This document shows positions 22,101 to 35,240 of a stretch of DNA of 64,000 nt, one piece after another. The notes under the pieces are model-generated. The model was not told where the DNA came from. It made no database searches and saw nothing but the letters and a program-made list of their open reading frames with translations. The position numbers and the translations under genes are program-made. The stretch comes from Camelus dromedarius (lineage: Eukaryota): positions 85,624,001-85,688,000 of the forward strand of contig NC_087436.1 in NCBI RefSeq assembly GCF_036321535.1. The letters run 5' to 3'. Each line of letters begins with the position of its first letter. The stretch's first letter is position 1.

Positions 22101-22494
22101 TCCCTCATTCAATAAATAATTATTGAGGAGCTGCTATATTCCAGGCACCATAGAGTCTCATCCAATTCCCAGGCAAATCTAGTTGTTTCCTTCTCTGTGC
22201 TCACAAAGTATTGTGTATTTGAGATCAATTACCTTATGAAACTTCAGCCTCACACATGGGAACTGACTTTCCACCCATGTGACTTCCAGCTCCAGCTTCA
22301 GCAAACTTGAGCAAGATACAGAAAGGCAGACTATAAACTGAGACTTTGTATTTAAAAATGTCAGAGTCTCTCCTTTCTTCCTCACAATTACCTTGGGAGA
22401 CAAGTATTATTATTTTGCAGTAAAATGTCAATGTAGAAACTAAACCAAACTAAAAACCAATAAAATGGAATAAGAAAATTAATAAAAAAGTAAA

Positions 22495-23420
22495 GCTCAA
22501 AATCACACCTCATGAGGGAAATGCATATTAAAACTACAATGAGATACTGTAATACACCTATTAGAATGACCAACATCTATATCACTGACAAAACCAAATA
22601 CTGGTGAAAATGTGGAGTGATAGAAACTCTCATTCATTGCTGGTGGGAATGTAAAATGGTGCGGCCACTTGGGAAGATAGTTTGGCAGTTTCTTACAAAA
22701 TTTACCACGTGATACAGCAATTGTGCTCCTTGGTATTTATCCAAATGAGTTGAAAACTTACGTTCACAGAAAAACCTGCAGACAGATGTTTTTGTAGCTT
22801 AATTCATATTTGTCAATATTTGGAAGCAATCGAGGTGTGTTTAAGTAGGTGAATGGACAAATAAACTATGATACAGACAGACAATGGAATATTATTCAGC
22901 ACTAAAAAGAAATGAGCCAGCAAGCCAGGAAAAGACATGGAGGAATCTTAATGCATATTAGTAAGTAAAAGAAATCAGTCAGAAAATGCTACAAACTGTA
23001 TTATTCCTACTATATGACATTCTGGAAAAGACAAAACTAGGGAAACAGTAAAAAGAGCAATGGTTGCTAGGGGTTAGGGGGATGGAGGAATGAATAGGCA
23101 TAACACAGAGGATTTTTAGGGCAGTGAAAATATTTTGCATGAGATTATAATAATGGATACATGTAATTATACATTTGTCCAAACCCATAGAATGTACGCC
23201 ACCACTAGAGTGAACCCTAACATAAACTATGGGTTAAGGTAGTAGAGATATATCAATGTAGGGTCATCAATTGTGACAAACTTTGGTGGAGGATGCCAGT
23301 AGTTGGGGATGAGGGTGGGGGCAGTGCATGTGTGGATCAGGGAGTATATAGGAAATCTCTGTACTTTCTTCTTATTTTTTTATGAACCTAAAACTGAAAA
23401 TAAAGTCTGTTTTTTTAAAA
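22495..23420 (+). mobile_element. L1MC-type 3' end
   Basis: 'aaaactacaatgagatac...ctcattcattgctggtgggaatgtaaaatgg...atacatttgtccaaacccatagaatgtac...tgaacctaaaactg..aataaagtc'. Confidence 0.9.
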
Positions 23421-24399
23421 ATGAAAAAAATAACTCTTCCAAAAAGGCTGCTGCATGTGGGAACACATATTACAGTGGAGGAGACTGACGAGAAAGAGAC
23501 CTCTAAGCAGATTCTGAAAGCACTTCTGGTTACTTTCAGGGATTTGAAGTTGATATATCTGATGAATTGCCAAATGAATGACACATATGAGTGAACAGAA
23601 GGAGGTAGAAATTATTGTCCTCAAAGAAGTAAGGCCTGAAAAGGCAAAAAATAAAACCACATCCATGATCAGACCTTGCATCTGCTTCCCTCTGCATCCT
23701 GTACTCACCTCTGTTCTCTACTGCCCACCCAGAGGAAATACATGCAAAAGTGAGGAAGATTCACTTGACAAAACCTTGTCAAAATGTTCCCCCAAAATTG
23801 ACATAATTGATGACCTGTTGGCAAATATCAGTCAAGAAAGATTAATGCAACTGAAAAAAGACAAATTACTGATTAAAATCAGGAAATTTGATAATATTTT
23901 GGGTCCATGATACTTAAATTTAAAAAAAAAAAGTTATCTACAAAAATTATCATGAGTATAATAATAAAAAAATGAGGATAACATTTTTCCAATTCTTTCT
24001 CCTGCACAAAAGGTAGAGAACACCAATGACCATCACTAAGATAATGACTAAATAACAGGGTGTATGTGTGTATACACACAAACACACATTTTGGAATAAT
24101 ATGCAACCATATAGAAGGATAAGAAAGCTCTCTATATGTTGACAGAGACAATTTTCCATGAAATAAAATATAGTTGAATAAAAAATTAGCTCTGTAGCAT
24201 GAGCCTAATGGAATCCCATATTTTTTGAACAAAATTAAGTAAACTTTCATCTGCCAGTTTGTCTTCTTTCTCCCAAGCCAGAATATATAGGATGCCTAGC
24301 AACTAGAACCATGTCTGGCACATAAACACGTCTGCTCAATACGCATTTGTTACACAAATGAATATCTAATTCCAGTTCAAAACTAGAAAATGAATACAA

Positions 24400-24480
24400 T
24401 TTATAATTTATAATTATTAAAGAAATAATGTATAAATTATAATTAATATAATTATAAATTATTTATAAATTAATAAAGAA
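24400..24480. repeat. AT-only low-complexity tract
   Basis: Repeated tataa/ttata units. Confidence 0.8.
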
Positions 24481-24484
24481 AGTA

Positions 24485-24640
24485 ATATTTTGGGGGCACC
24501 CACTGTATTTCAGCACTTAATTAGTAGTTTTATACTTGTTATTGTATTTATCACTCACAGATCCCAATGAGACTGAGAAAATTAAGGCTTGGAGAGATTA
24601 AATACTTTATCTAAGGTCACGCATTTAACCTAGGACTCAA
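24485..24640 (-). mobile_element. MIR SINE (degraded)
   Basis: 'gagaaaattaaggcttggagagattaaatactttatctaaggtcac'. Confidence 0.6.
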
Positions 24641-24652
24641 AAGGAAACTGTC

Positions 24653-25385
24653 TTTCTTTTTTTTTTTTTAATTGAAGTCTAGTTGATTTATAATATTGTG
24701 TTAGTTTCAGGTGTACAGCAAAATGATTAAATTATATATGTATTTTTTTTCAGATTATTTTTTGTTATAGGTTATAAGATATTGAATAGAGTTCTCTGGG
24801 TTATATAGTAAATCCTTGCTACTTACCTATTTTATGTATAGTAGTGCGTATCTGTTAATCTCATATTCCTAATTTATTCCTCCCCCTGCTTCCCTTGATA
24901 ATCATAAGTTTGTTTTCTATGTCTGTGAGTCTGTTTCTGTTTTATAAAAAGTTGATTTCTATCATTTTTTAGATTCCACATATAAGTGATATCATATAAT
25001 ATTTGTCTTTTTCTGTCTTACTTCACTTAGTATGATAATCTCTAGGTCCAGCCATGTTGCTGCAAATGGCATTATTTTAGTCTTTTTTATGGCTGAGAAG
25101 TATTCCATTGTGTATATATACCACAGCTTCTTAAACCAATCGTCTGTTGATGGACATTTCATGGACATGGTTGCTTCCATGTCTTGGCTATCGTAAATAG
25201 TGCTGCTACGCACATTGGGGTGCATGTATCTTTTTAAATTGGAATTTTCATCTTTTCTGGATATATGCTCAAGAGTGGGATTGCCGAATCATATGGTAGC
25301 TCTGTTTTTAGTTTTTTAAGTTCTATACTGTCTTCCATAGTGGCCACACCAGTTTACATCCCACCAACAGTGTAGGAGGGTTCCA
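24653..25385 (-). mobile_element. 5'-truncated L1 3' end
   Basis: Poly-T, then 'aattgaagtctagttgattta...agattccacatataagtgatatcata...cccaccaacagtgtaggagggttcc'; ORF 24992-25225 resembles the L1 ORF2 C-terminus (KKLWYIYTMEYFSAIKK). Confidence 0.95.
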
Positions 25386-25614
25386 AAAGGAGGCCTTCCT
25401 GATTGCACAACTCTTAAGCACATTTTCAGGTAGAATCAGTAAAAGAATTTTAGAGTCTTCTCAGTGGTATCCTGTATGTTTTCTTGATATCTTTTCTACA
25501 TTATGTTATGAACCCATTAACAAAAAGCAGAATGGCAGTATCCAGCTTGGCATGTTTCGTTTGTAGCTCCCTAAGGAACCCTGAAGATGCTGTAAATTCA
25601 AAGAAGGGAAGAAG

Positions 25615-25832
25615 TTGTTATTGAGTATCTAAGCCTGTATGAGGCCAGATAATTGGTGCTCCACATCAATCCTCTGAAACACATTGGCAGGTAGGTCTTA
25701 TTCTCCCCATTTTGAGAGATGAGGAAACTGAGGCTCTGAAAGTTTAAGCCACTTATGCAAAGTCACATAAATGATGAACGTTCAAGCTAGGACTCCCCAT
25801 ATTTGTCTGACTCCAGGATTCCTGCTCTTCCC
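25615..25832 (-). mobile_element. MIR SINE
   Basis: 'ccccattttgagagatgaggaaactgaggctctgaaagtttaag...tgtctgactccag'. Confidence 0.85.
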
Positions 25833-27299
25833 AAACCCCTCACTACTATATTTCCCATCACGGGGTCAAGGCAGGTGAAGGATTCAAAGACACAGCCTTC
25901 CTTCTCCAGATACTGGGCCTTCTTCTCTTAAAGGCTCAGGACCCGCCAATCCACAGTGGAAGGCCAGCGAAGAAGCAGGAGGGAGGCTGGGCTGGCCTTG
26001 CTGAGCTCTGGCTGTAGAGTTTTCAGATAATAACCCTCACAGTGTATCAGAAAACTTGAACCCTGGGATGACAGCAGACAGTCAAATAAGAACCCCTGCA
26101 GAGTAAACCTTGTATTCTCTGTCCTCCCACAATACAATCCGTCATTAAGCAGCTGTCAGTTTCTTCCAGATCACTGTATTATGTATGGCTTGCAGGGCTA
26201 CCAGTTAATTTGAGCAAGTGCTAAAAATAAATAAATGATGAGGAGCCTTCTATTTTCATCCAGGATAATGAATGCCTACATGTGGGGTGAGGAGGTGGAG
26301 CGGGAGTGGAGGAGTCTGAGGAAACACTCGGACGCGGTGCAGCCCTTGAACTGCAGTGAGCAAAACCAACAGTCCGCTCTGCAGCTTCTGTTTACACATG
26401 GACCAGTTGCCCCAACTGGGCCCCCTTCCTCGAGTCTGGGGCTGATGCCTGGAGAGAGGCAGTTATGCAGGAGGGCTCATGATTTTATTCTTTCTTAAGA
26501 TCCTCTTATATAACTGATCTGTTGTGCAATCGAGCAGTTGGTGGTTCAAGGAAGCTGGCCCTTACCTTAGATAAGAAGTTGAATTATTCCAGGGGACATT
26601 TGGAGTAAGGCAGCCTGGGAGACAGCGAGGAGTGAACTGGGCCTCCCACACAGGACATGGTACTGTAGCTGAGAAGTTCCCTATATACAAGCCACATGAG
26701 TCCCCCATTTCCTGAGCATCTGTATTTGGTGAGCACTGGAAACCTCTTGCTTTCCCACTGAAGGCCTCTTGCTTCCTCTTGGTAAAGTAAAAAACAAGAC
26801 CCAGTTGCAACAGAGGTACAAAATAGCAGTTTGGCAGGAGGAGAAGAGGGGAGGGGAGCAAGGTGGCAAGAAGTCTCCGCCATTGAAAGGAGTTCAGAGA
26901 ATCACAAGGACTGAATGTGTACGTTGAAGATTACATATGTGCATAGCCATGCTTGTGCACGTGCACACACTCACACACTGACAACCACTTCTAGGACAGT
27001 AGCTGGTGGTGGCAGATGTGAGTTAGCAGAGGCAAAAGGGAGGGTCAGAACACATCACATCAAGAAGCCAAATATAAACTGTCTGTGATGGTTTTCTTTC
27101 CATGAAAAAGTTGGAACAAATCCCAGAGATGCTATTTTAGAATGTTTATTTCCTCGCAGACTTGCATCTCAGTCATAATAGGATGTCAGGGGCCCTCGAT
27201 GCCTGCCCTCCCAGTGTTTCTTGTCCTCACGTGGGAAATACCTGGAGCCGGGGTCTCCCTGATGGACCAGTGAAGAAAACTGACACCGGCTCAGGGCTT

Positions 27300-27398
27300 T
27301 TTATATATATAAAGCTGAATCTCTACGCTGCACACCAGAAACTAACACAACATTGTAAATCAACCGTACTTCAATTAAAAAAAAGAAAAGAAAAGAAG
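27300..27398 (+). mobile_element. Minimal L1 3'-terminal fragment with A-rich tail
   Basis: 'ctgaatctctacgctgcacaccagaaactaacacaacattgtaaatcaaccgtacttcaattaaaaaaaagaaaagaaaag'. Confidence 0.85.
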
Positions 27399-28699
27399 GC
27401 CAAGCCCTAAGGTCCTACATCCAAAGGAAGCCTGGTGACTGGGCATGGTGGAGACTTTAATCTCCACGTATGTGTTCCCAACCTTGGGTAATGAAGGTGT
27501 TAGAATCTCCTGGTTTAAACTTTCTTTTCACTCAGAATTGGATCCTCCCATTGATAGAACCCCAGCCCTCTCCAAATAAAAACTTCCCAAGACCAAGGCA
27601 AGGCCAAAAAGGCAGCCCTGTACAGGAAACAGCCTCCTGCCGCCTGCCTCGGTAAGGGGAGAGGCGTTAGCAGGTCACACTGAGTCAAGGAGCCCCTTTT
27701 CTGCTCCACTGTTTTTTGGTGGAAGCAGGTGTACCCTGGTCTCAATAACTTCTCCCAAACATTCGAGAAATAAGAATGGAGACTGATGGTTAGGGCGAAG
27801 GGAGAAGAGAAAGGTAGAAGGATGTAAAAGAGCAGAGCGGAGGTGAGAAAGGTAGAAAATGGGGGGGGGGGCTTGGGTAGCCTGGAGGGGATGTAAAGAA
27901 GTCGGGCGCCCTGGTACATAGCAATGAGGCCACATAAGGCAGAAATAAGACTATAAATAACCCTCACAAGCAGGCTAGCCCCAGGGATGGCTCACCAGTC
28001 GGACTTTGGGTGCTGAGGGCGGTGTACAAGCTCACGGGAGGACCTAGTGCTCCAGGTGATGGCAGACGAGTCTTTATATGGGTATTTTTTTTTCAGCCTT
28101 TTGGGAGGAGAAATGTGAGAAGAAGCAGAACAGCCAGAAAGAGATAAAAGGAGAAAGACTGAGATGTTAAAGGGATGATGAGGAAGTTTTTCTCCAGGAA
28201 AATATGCGTCGCTCCCCAGCACATTGGAGTTGAAATAGCATTTGGGGTGGAGGTGGGGATAGGAAGAGAGGTGGAGTCTGGACTCAGAATCGGATCTAGT
28301 GAAGAGTAGAAACCATCCGCAGCAGCATCCTCTCTATTTGTGTCCAGGTTTCCCGCTACAGATGGCGGAATGCAATGCAAAATGATCATCTTTAGAGCCT
28401 CTGCTTTTGTTTTCCTAACTTCAGCAAATACTTACTTTGTCCTAAGATCTGATTTTCAACACCTTTATCATATCCTCTATCATTAAATTCCTAAGGGTTT
28501 TTAAGAGCCTACTCCACACCTAGAACTGGACAAGGCAATTCAGAGGCTATGAAAGCAGCAGAAAAAGTGGTCAGTGGCCTCAAGTTGATTACAGTCTCCT
28601 TGTCTCCAAAGAGACAGGTAATCCAGGAGACAAAATAAGGCAATGCAAAAACGTACCATATTTACTCAAAGTCTAATAGGAGTTTAGAAAATGGAAACA

Positions 28700-28930
28700 G
28701 CACTTACTGATAGAGATGAGGCACTGTGCATACACCATGCTCAATGCTTTATAAACATATGAGTATTTTAATCTTTACAGACTAGTAATATTGTTGCACC
28801 AATTTTATGGATGTGAAATTGGGGCTTAAAGAGCATAGGTAAGTTTCCCAAGGTCTCAACACGAGAAAGTATGTGAAGTGGGGGTGGGAAACTGTCCATC
28901 TGACTTAAAATATGACATCTTAACCACGGT
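28700..28930 (-). mobile_element. MIR SINE (degraded)
   Basis: 'ccaattttatggatgtgaaattggggcttaaagag..taggtaagtttcccaaggtc...tctgact...tcttaaccac'. Confidence 0.7.
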
Positions 28931-28964
28931 CATTGCATCCACACTTCATCCAGGGAAAAAGGAA

Positions 28965-29197
28965 GGTAGAAAGAAGGGGAAAGGCATGGACCATCTGGGT
29001 CTTACCTTTTATCCAGGAAACAGTAGCTCTCCCAGAAATCTCATCTAGTAGAACTGCTCATCAGCAGAACTAGATGCATGGATAACAGGGGACATATTTT
29101 ATCTGGTTTGTGGCAACATCCCCAATAACTGGAGCTCTTTTAATGAGGGAAGAGGGGAGAAGAGATACCTAATAGACAACCAGCAGCATCTGCCACG
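28965..29197 (-). mobile_element. Old MLT1-type LTR fragment
   Basis: 'cttttatccaggaaacagtagctctcccagaa...ggggaagagggg...agacaaccagcagcatctgccac'. Confidence 0.55.
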
Positions 29198-29329
29198 TTG
29201 GACATCCTACATATGTGATGGCAGGATGCTGGTGTGAGTTTGCTAGTCTGAACCGGGATTTTGGAAGTCAGAATTAGAAGAAAATAAAGAGATCCAAGAA
29301 ACATTTTAAAGAAAAAATAACTCACTTGA

Positions 29330-29900
29330 AGATAGATTGGATAGAGGTCCTGAAAATGAAAGATGATGCCAAGGAAAATGGGATTGTGGTGCACAGTGAA
29401 AAAGCAGGTTCTGTTGGACTGAAGCTGAGTATGGTTGTGTATATGTTGAGTTTGAAGCGATGGTAGGACATCCAAGTGGACGTGCCCTCTGAGTCAGTGC
29501 CAGTCACAAATCCTGAGGGCAAAGGGTAGTCAGGGCTGGAAGCATCAGTCTCAAACTGAAATTGTGGTGATGGATGAGTTTCCTAAACCAGAGAGCATGA
29601 TGGAAGTATAACAGGGTCCAAAGAGCTCTGAGGAGCACTCCCACTTAGACAAGAGGGAGAGGTGAGCTGATAAAGTGAACCAAAAACTCTGCTAGGAGTT
29701 CAGAGGCATATCAGGAAAGTGGACTTTCACAGAGAACTGGGTTAGAGGGAGTTTCAAGGAGGTTAACTGTCACATGCCGCTGAGGAGTTAAAGAGGAAGA
29801 GAGCTAAGGAAGACCCCTGATTTGGCAAAAGGAGATAAGTATTATCTGCAGGCGGCAGACTGGAGAGGAACAGAGGGGAACCGAAGTCAAAAGATAATTT
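29330..29900 (-). mobile_element. L2 LINE fragment
   Basis: 'atgttgagtttgaag...ggacatccaagtgga...gggctgga...tggatgag...gtttcaaggag'. Confidence 0.7.
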
Positions 29901-30696
29901 TTCTTAGCAGTGGGCCTTCAGAAGTACCTTTGAATAATCAATGGTTTGATTAGGTCTTCTAATCATATATTATTTTACAGCCCTGAGTCTTTCAAATTTT
30001 GTAGTTGTTACATAGCAGCAACTTTTTCTAAAACTGAGTATTACTTAATTACTTCATTGTCATTCCCCTATCATAGCATATCAAAAGTTGTATTTAATAA
30101 GATGGCATGGATTGGGTAATGGGCAGACAGATAAGAAATACTTTTATACTTTGTGTCTTTATTTTATCCATAGTTCACTTATGTTAGAAAACCGTCCACC
30201 TGTCCCAGCCTTGAAAAGCATTCCCACATTCTCTATGCCCCACTTCAAAGACCCAGCCCTCCCCAAAGTCTAGTTGTCTTTGAAGTCTTTGAAGTGTCAG
30301 TGGGATAAACCGGAGTATTTGAGACAAAAAGTGTCTTTAGTTCATCTGAATGCCGAGTCTCCATCTCCACCTCTCCAGACTAAAGGCTGTCTTTAAAGTG
30401 TGACAGAAAGACACACTACCCTGAGCTACTGATGCTCAAGGCCAAGGGCCAGAGGAGCAGGAAAGCTGTGGTCCACGATTTGTCAGGACGTGGATTGTTC
30501 ACAGATTTTACAAATTCCATTCAAATAATTTCCCAATAAGATGAAAGTACCCAGTCATTTGAGAAATACACAGATAACTTACAGAAGGTATTCAAGCCCT
30601 CAGAAAACACTCAGCAATGTTTCTCAAAAGGTATAAAATTGCCCAAATCCTATTATGTAAGCTGACTCTACATAGTATATGAATGGACATTTGATG

Positions 30697-31025
30697 GGTC
30701 AGCTTAGGTTAAGTCTGGACGCAGTAACAAATGACCTATAAGAAAAATTTCAGTGGCTTACAAAATTAAATGTTTATTTCTCACTCACATTCCCTGTAAG
30801 TTGCCAGCCGGTTTCAGCTCTGCCTTTCGTTTTCTTCATTTCAGGACTAGGTCAAAGCACAGCTCTTACTTCAGTCTTGAATTAAGGCAGGAAGAAAGAA
30901 TCATGCAAGTTCAAAAAAAATGCCTCGTAAATTGTCTGCTCAGGAACACTGTGCATCTCTGGGCAAAGCCAGTCACATGGTCAAGCCTGATGTCAAAAGG
31001 GCTGGAAATACACAGAATCCTTCCC
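30697..31025 (-). mobile_element. Old MLT1-type LTR
   Basis: 'gcagtaacaaatgacc...tttcagtggcttacaaaattaaatgtttatttctcactcaca...gggcaaagccagtcacatggtcaagcctga'. Confidence 0.7.
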
Positions 31026-31059
31026 GGCAGAGTGGGGCTCTGTAGGGCCCAGAACCGAA

Positions 31060-31263
31060 CATTTCCAAAAAGTAATTTTAATTGTAATATATTTGTCTTA
31101 CTGTCTATTATAAAAACATAATTAGATCTATGATCTCATGATAAGTTTTTAATATTTAAATGAAAACATGAACCAATTTAAGCAAACAATGGTACACTTG
31201 GCATAAAAATACGGCAAAAATTATGACAATGATGAGCAAATGATTGGAGTTTAGAAAACAATA
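31060..31263. mobile_element. hAT-Charlie-like DNA transposon end (tentative)
   Basis: 'ggtacac...atacggcaaaaattatgacaatg...tggagtttagaaaaca' resembles Charlie-family termini. Confidence 0.4.
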
Positions 31264-31424
31264 CACTAAAATGTCAGGTTAGTTTGTCCTGCTTTAGTAA
31301 ATGGAGCACATTAAGCGCCACTGGCTCATCTGTTGACTGAGAAACCAACACTCAGGGTCCTTATCCGGTACACTGGAGGTTGTCCACCTGCACTTCAGGC
31401 AGAACAGACAGAGAGCAAAGAGGG

Positions 31425-31560
31425 TGCTATGGACTGCACTGTGTCCCTTCAAAATTTATGTATTGAAGTCCTAACCCACAATGTGACTATATTTGGAGGC
31501 AAGCTGTTAGGGAGGTAATTAAGGTTAAATGGTCATAAGGGTGGGGCCCTAATCCAACAA
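31425..31560 (+). mobile_element. MLT1A 5' fragment
   Basis: 'tgctatggactg..tgtgtcccttcaaaatttatgtattgaagtcctaacccacaatgtgactatatttggagg...gggtggggccctaatccaa'. Confidence 0.85.
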
Positions 31561-33944
31561 GATCAGCCACCAAATTTCTGTATTTCAGTGAACTTGAAGT
31601 GTTCTTTATTTTCTAATTTTTTAAGTTAAGGAAAATAAATATTTTTGTATAGAATACATATACAACTATGTATTTGGAAAAAAATACAACAAAATATTAA
31701 AGATACTCACTTTAGGGTAGTAAGATTACAATGCTAGGGTAGTTGACCTATAACGCTATACACTTGAAACTTATATAATAGAAAAAGATTTTTAAATTAT
31801 AGGTAATCTTTATCTCTTTGTTGGTATGTTAAATTTTCTATAGGCATGTTTTATTGAATGTTGCTTTTTTAAATAGGGACCATATATTTCTAAGCAAAAG
31901 TTAATTAAGTACTTCATATTTAGAAAAAAATCAGGGATAATTTTTGACATGAATGTGAAGGAGTCCCTGACCCTAGTTATATTCAAAGGAGAGGCCCCTG
32001 CTAGGAAGAAATTCTTGAGCCAAAATCAGGTGGAGCTGGGGAAAACAAAGAAGGAAATAAAAGAGGACTGAAGGAGAAATTTTAAGAAAGAACAACTTAA
32101 GACTTAAGAAACTTCTGTGATAACAGAAGACCCTGGTAGCTCAGAACAGGAGGTGAGAGTGGATGTAAAAGGAGGAAGACAGAGTTTTAAAGACCAATTC
32201 TTAAAAATAAGGGGGCTCTCAAGAACAAAAATTCCACCTAGATTTGATGCATTTTGAACCAGAGGTCAGTGGATGGTTTGACAACCACAAGATATATTTG
32301 GAATCCTAAACTGAACACGGAAAAAGGAATTAACCTAAATCCTCAAAGAGAATAACCCATTCATCTTAATGCTTCCCTCAATCAAAAGCAGGCTGATAAA
32401 AATTAAAGTTCAGCACTGGTGGAAGGAAAAGCCAAACTGGGGAGAATATCTGAAATTAGGAGAGGTGTTTAAGGGATGAATAGACCATGGATGATGAGCA
32501 GGGAAGAGAGATTTTTTTTTTTTAATCTGATGGCCATTATTCTACGCTTTAATTATCCCATAGGTATCTGGTAGACGTCTGGTTTGAGTAAAAAAATTTC
32601 CAACCTAAAATACAGAAGCAGCAAGAAAAGCTAACGCTGATAACCTTATCCTTTGAAGTTTAAATCCGAGCCATCAGCAATCCACAATCATTGCCTTGAC
32701 CAATGGCCGATTCATTTTTCTAAGCCTTGTCCCTTTGACACGAGTGACACAAACATGACTTTTAACCCAGTTAGAGCAGCCATCTTCTGTCCTTGCGCAG
32801 AGGAAACGTTTGCTGAAAGCTGACACTTCACCTCCCGGAGGGCAGTATAACATTTGTGGTCCTTGGGCACCCTCCTCCCTCGAGACTCTCTCCCTTGTCA
32901 CAGAGTTGTCAGGAACTGTCCTCTGCTGATATTTGGGCTGCCAATCTCCCTGGATCAGCACAGACCAGAGTAAATTGGAGCTAAGGAGCTCTCCTTGGCT
33001 TTTCTGGCTCCCTCAGAGAATAAAAGCACCTGGCGCTCAATTAAAAATTCTTCCATAGAGGACCTTTCCCTTGCCCTGGCCTCCCAGAAGCCCACCCTTC
33101 CACTTGGCGCTGGGGGTTACCAACCCCCTCTCTAGGCTGAATCCTGTCCTGAAAACTCCCTATATGAATGGGCAGGTGGAAAGGGGCAAGTTTTTTTTGT
33201 TTAAGTCAATACTTTGTAGAAGCATTTTGGAGGAAAACATTATTCCTAGCATTTTCTTTTTATAACCTAGTCTAATACAGGGTTACTTCATTGCCACGTA
33301 TCATTACAGAAATCAGATGTGATTACATTCTGTTTATGGTCTTCTGCGGACATGACAGAGATCTTAGTGAGCTTGACCTGCACTGCTTAAACCGTTTAAC
33401 ATTTTCTCAGCCATCTGATGATCCAGTTTCTATTTAAATATCTTCATTAATGGCAATCTAGTTTTATTCCAATATGATCTGGTTCTGGACAGCTGCGGTG
33501 TTGGAAAATTGCTCCTTCCCTAAGCCTCTAAATCTGAGTTGGGTGTCCTTGTCTAGCTTCTTCCATCACCAGTGTGGCGGCATCCTGACATTTTCGTCTT
33601 TGCCATGGAATTGTTCATAAGCTTCCAGGGCTCCACTTCTGCCCTCTCCATGATGCAACCTCCTTGAGGACCAGCGCCATGTCCCTCTTCAACATCACAT
33701 CCTTAGCGTTCAGCTCAGAGCACTGCCTTACAAGATAATCAGGAGTTGCCTGTCAAATGATGAAACAAATAAATGGTCTTCCTGAGTCAGCATCCTTATA
33801 CTTACCAGATAAGGTAAGAGTGTAGGAGTGTATTAATGACAGCTGTTTAAATAATACACAACAAATGTGTGAGCAGCTGCTAACTGCCTTCTGCTTCTCG
33901 TGTCTCCGTTTTCCCATCTACACAGGAGCGCATTAAACTCCACT

Positions 33945-34155
33945 GTTCCCCGGGGGCACCACCAATCTTCCCCAGGGAATGTGTGGAAATACTTTTTGAC
34001 TGTCACAAGGTTTTTCAGCTGATTGCTACTGGCAGGGGCCAGGAATTCAAAATATTCTGCGGTATCTGGGACAGTCACCCATGCCCACCCCCCACTTCAG
34101 TAGCTCACCCCCATGCCCACCCCCCACTGAAAATCAGTAGCACCCCATGGAGAAT
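33945..34155. mobile_element. MER20-like hAT element with internal ~30-37 bp tandem duplication
   Basis: 'tttttgactgtcacaa...tgctactggca..ggggccaggaa...ctgggacagtc'; unit tcaccc(cc)atgcccaccccccact..tcagtagc repeated at 34075-34104 and 34105-34141. Confidence 0.6.
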
Positions 34156-34169
34156 GGCTGCGGATCCAG

Positions 34170-34335
34170 TACATACTATGAATCAGAGACCAGGATTCCA
34201 GTCCCGACTCTGTCACAAACTAGCTGTGTGACCTTGAGCATATCGACTCACCTTTCTGTGCTGATGCACAGAAATTTCCTCATCCATCACATGAGGGTAA
34301 AAAAAAAAAAATGCCTGATATTTTTACCTCCTTGG
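34170..34335 (+). mobile_element. MIR SINE
   Basis: 'gagaccaggattccagtcccgactctgtcacaaactagctgtgtgaccttgagca...tttcctcatc'. Confidence 0.8.
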
Positions 34336-34879
34336 CTAAAATTAAAATAATGATGGTGAACACCCTGCAAGAGATGTAGGCATGCCACGTACATACGACA
34401 CCTTGTTGCTGTTTTATGAGGAGTCTAGCAATTGAGTCAGCATTTCTAGAAGCAGGAGCGATTATGCACAGTGCGCCGTCCTGTAGTGGCAGCTGTTAGG
34501 TCTCTGATCATATATGCTGACCCTGACCTCGTGACGACAGCACTGTTGTGGTGGGTAGGAGAAGAGAAAAAGGCAGAAGGAACACCAACCAGAGAAATTG
34601 CACACGAGGAAGGGGGCATAAGCCCCCTCTGCCTGGAGTTGCCTGCTTCTGGACTTGCGCGGGCTAACCCCTGGGCTATCATAAAAGCCGGAATTCAGAA
34701 CACATCCCTCTCCTGGTTTGACCCCTCCTGTTGCACTGAGGCTACTGTCTGCCATGGCTCACAGGCAAAGAGACCTTCCTCTCTGACCTCATCTCAAACC
34801 AGCCCCTCCCTCCCCACACTGGCTTTGGACTAATTTTTTAAACTTTGTTTTGTTTATGATTAGACCAAGCGAGTTATTA

Positions 34880-35240
34880 CCTTACAGCCTCTGCTCATTT
34901 CCTCTGCCTAGTGCTCTAACTCTGGATTTTTGCATCCTTTGTCTCCATCCCATTATTCTGGTCTTGACTCAGTTTTCCCTCCTCTGGGAAACTTACCTAA
35001 AATAGTCTCCATACCCTGACCAGAAGCATCACTCCCCATTTTCTTCTTAGCATTTGTCTTGGTGCCTGAAGCTGTTTATATTTGTGTGTTTATTTGTTCA
35101 CATATTTATTTTCTGCCTCCCTTTAGCAGAATGTAATTTCCATAAAAGTAGACTCTATCTGCTTGTTCCACACTCTAACCACAATGCTTAGAGCGATGTC
35201 TCGCATATAGTAAATACTTAACATTTATTTGCTGAATAAA
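34880..35240 (+). mobile_element. L2 3' end
   Basis: 'agaatgtaatttccataaaagtagac...cacaatgcttagagcgatgtctcgcatatagtaaatacttaacatttatttgctgaataaa'. Confidence 0.8.

Noticed and set aside
21747..25225. ORFs containing 'KLWYIHTVEYYSAIK' and 'KLWYIYTMEYFSAIK'
   Set aside because: L1 ORF2 C-terminal remnants, not host genes
28350..34500. Weaker CTCF-like motifs at ~28355, ~32832 and ~34480
   Set aside because: Each has several mismatches or spacing errors relative to the core consensus
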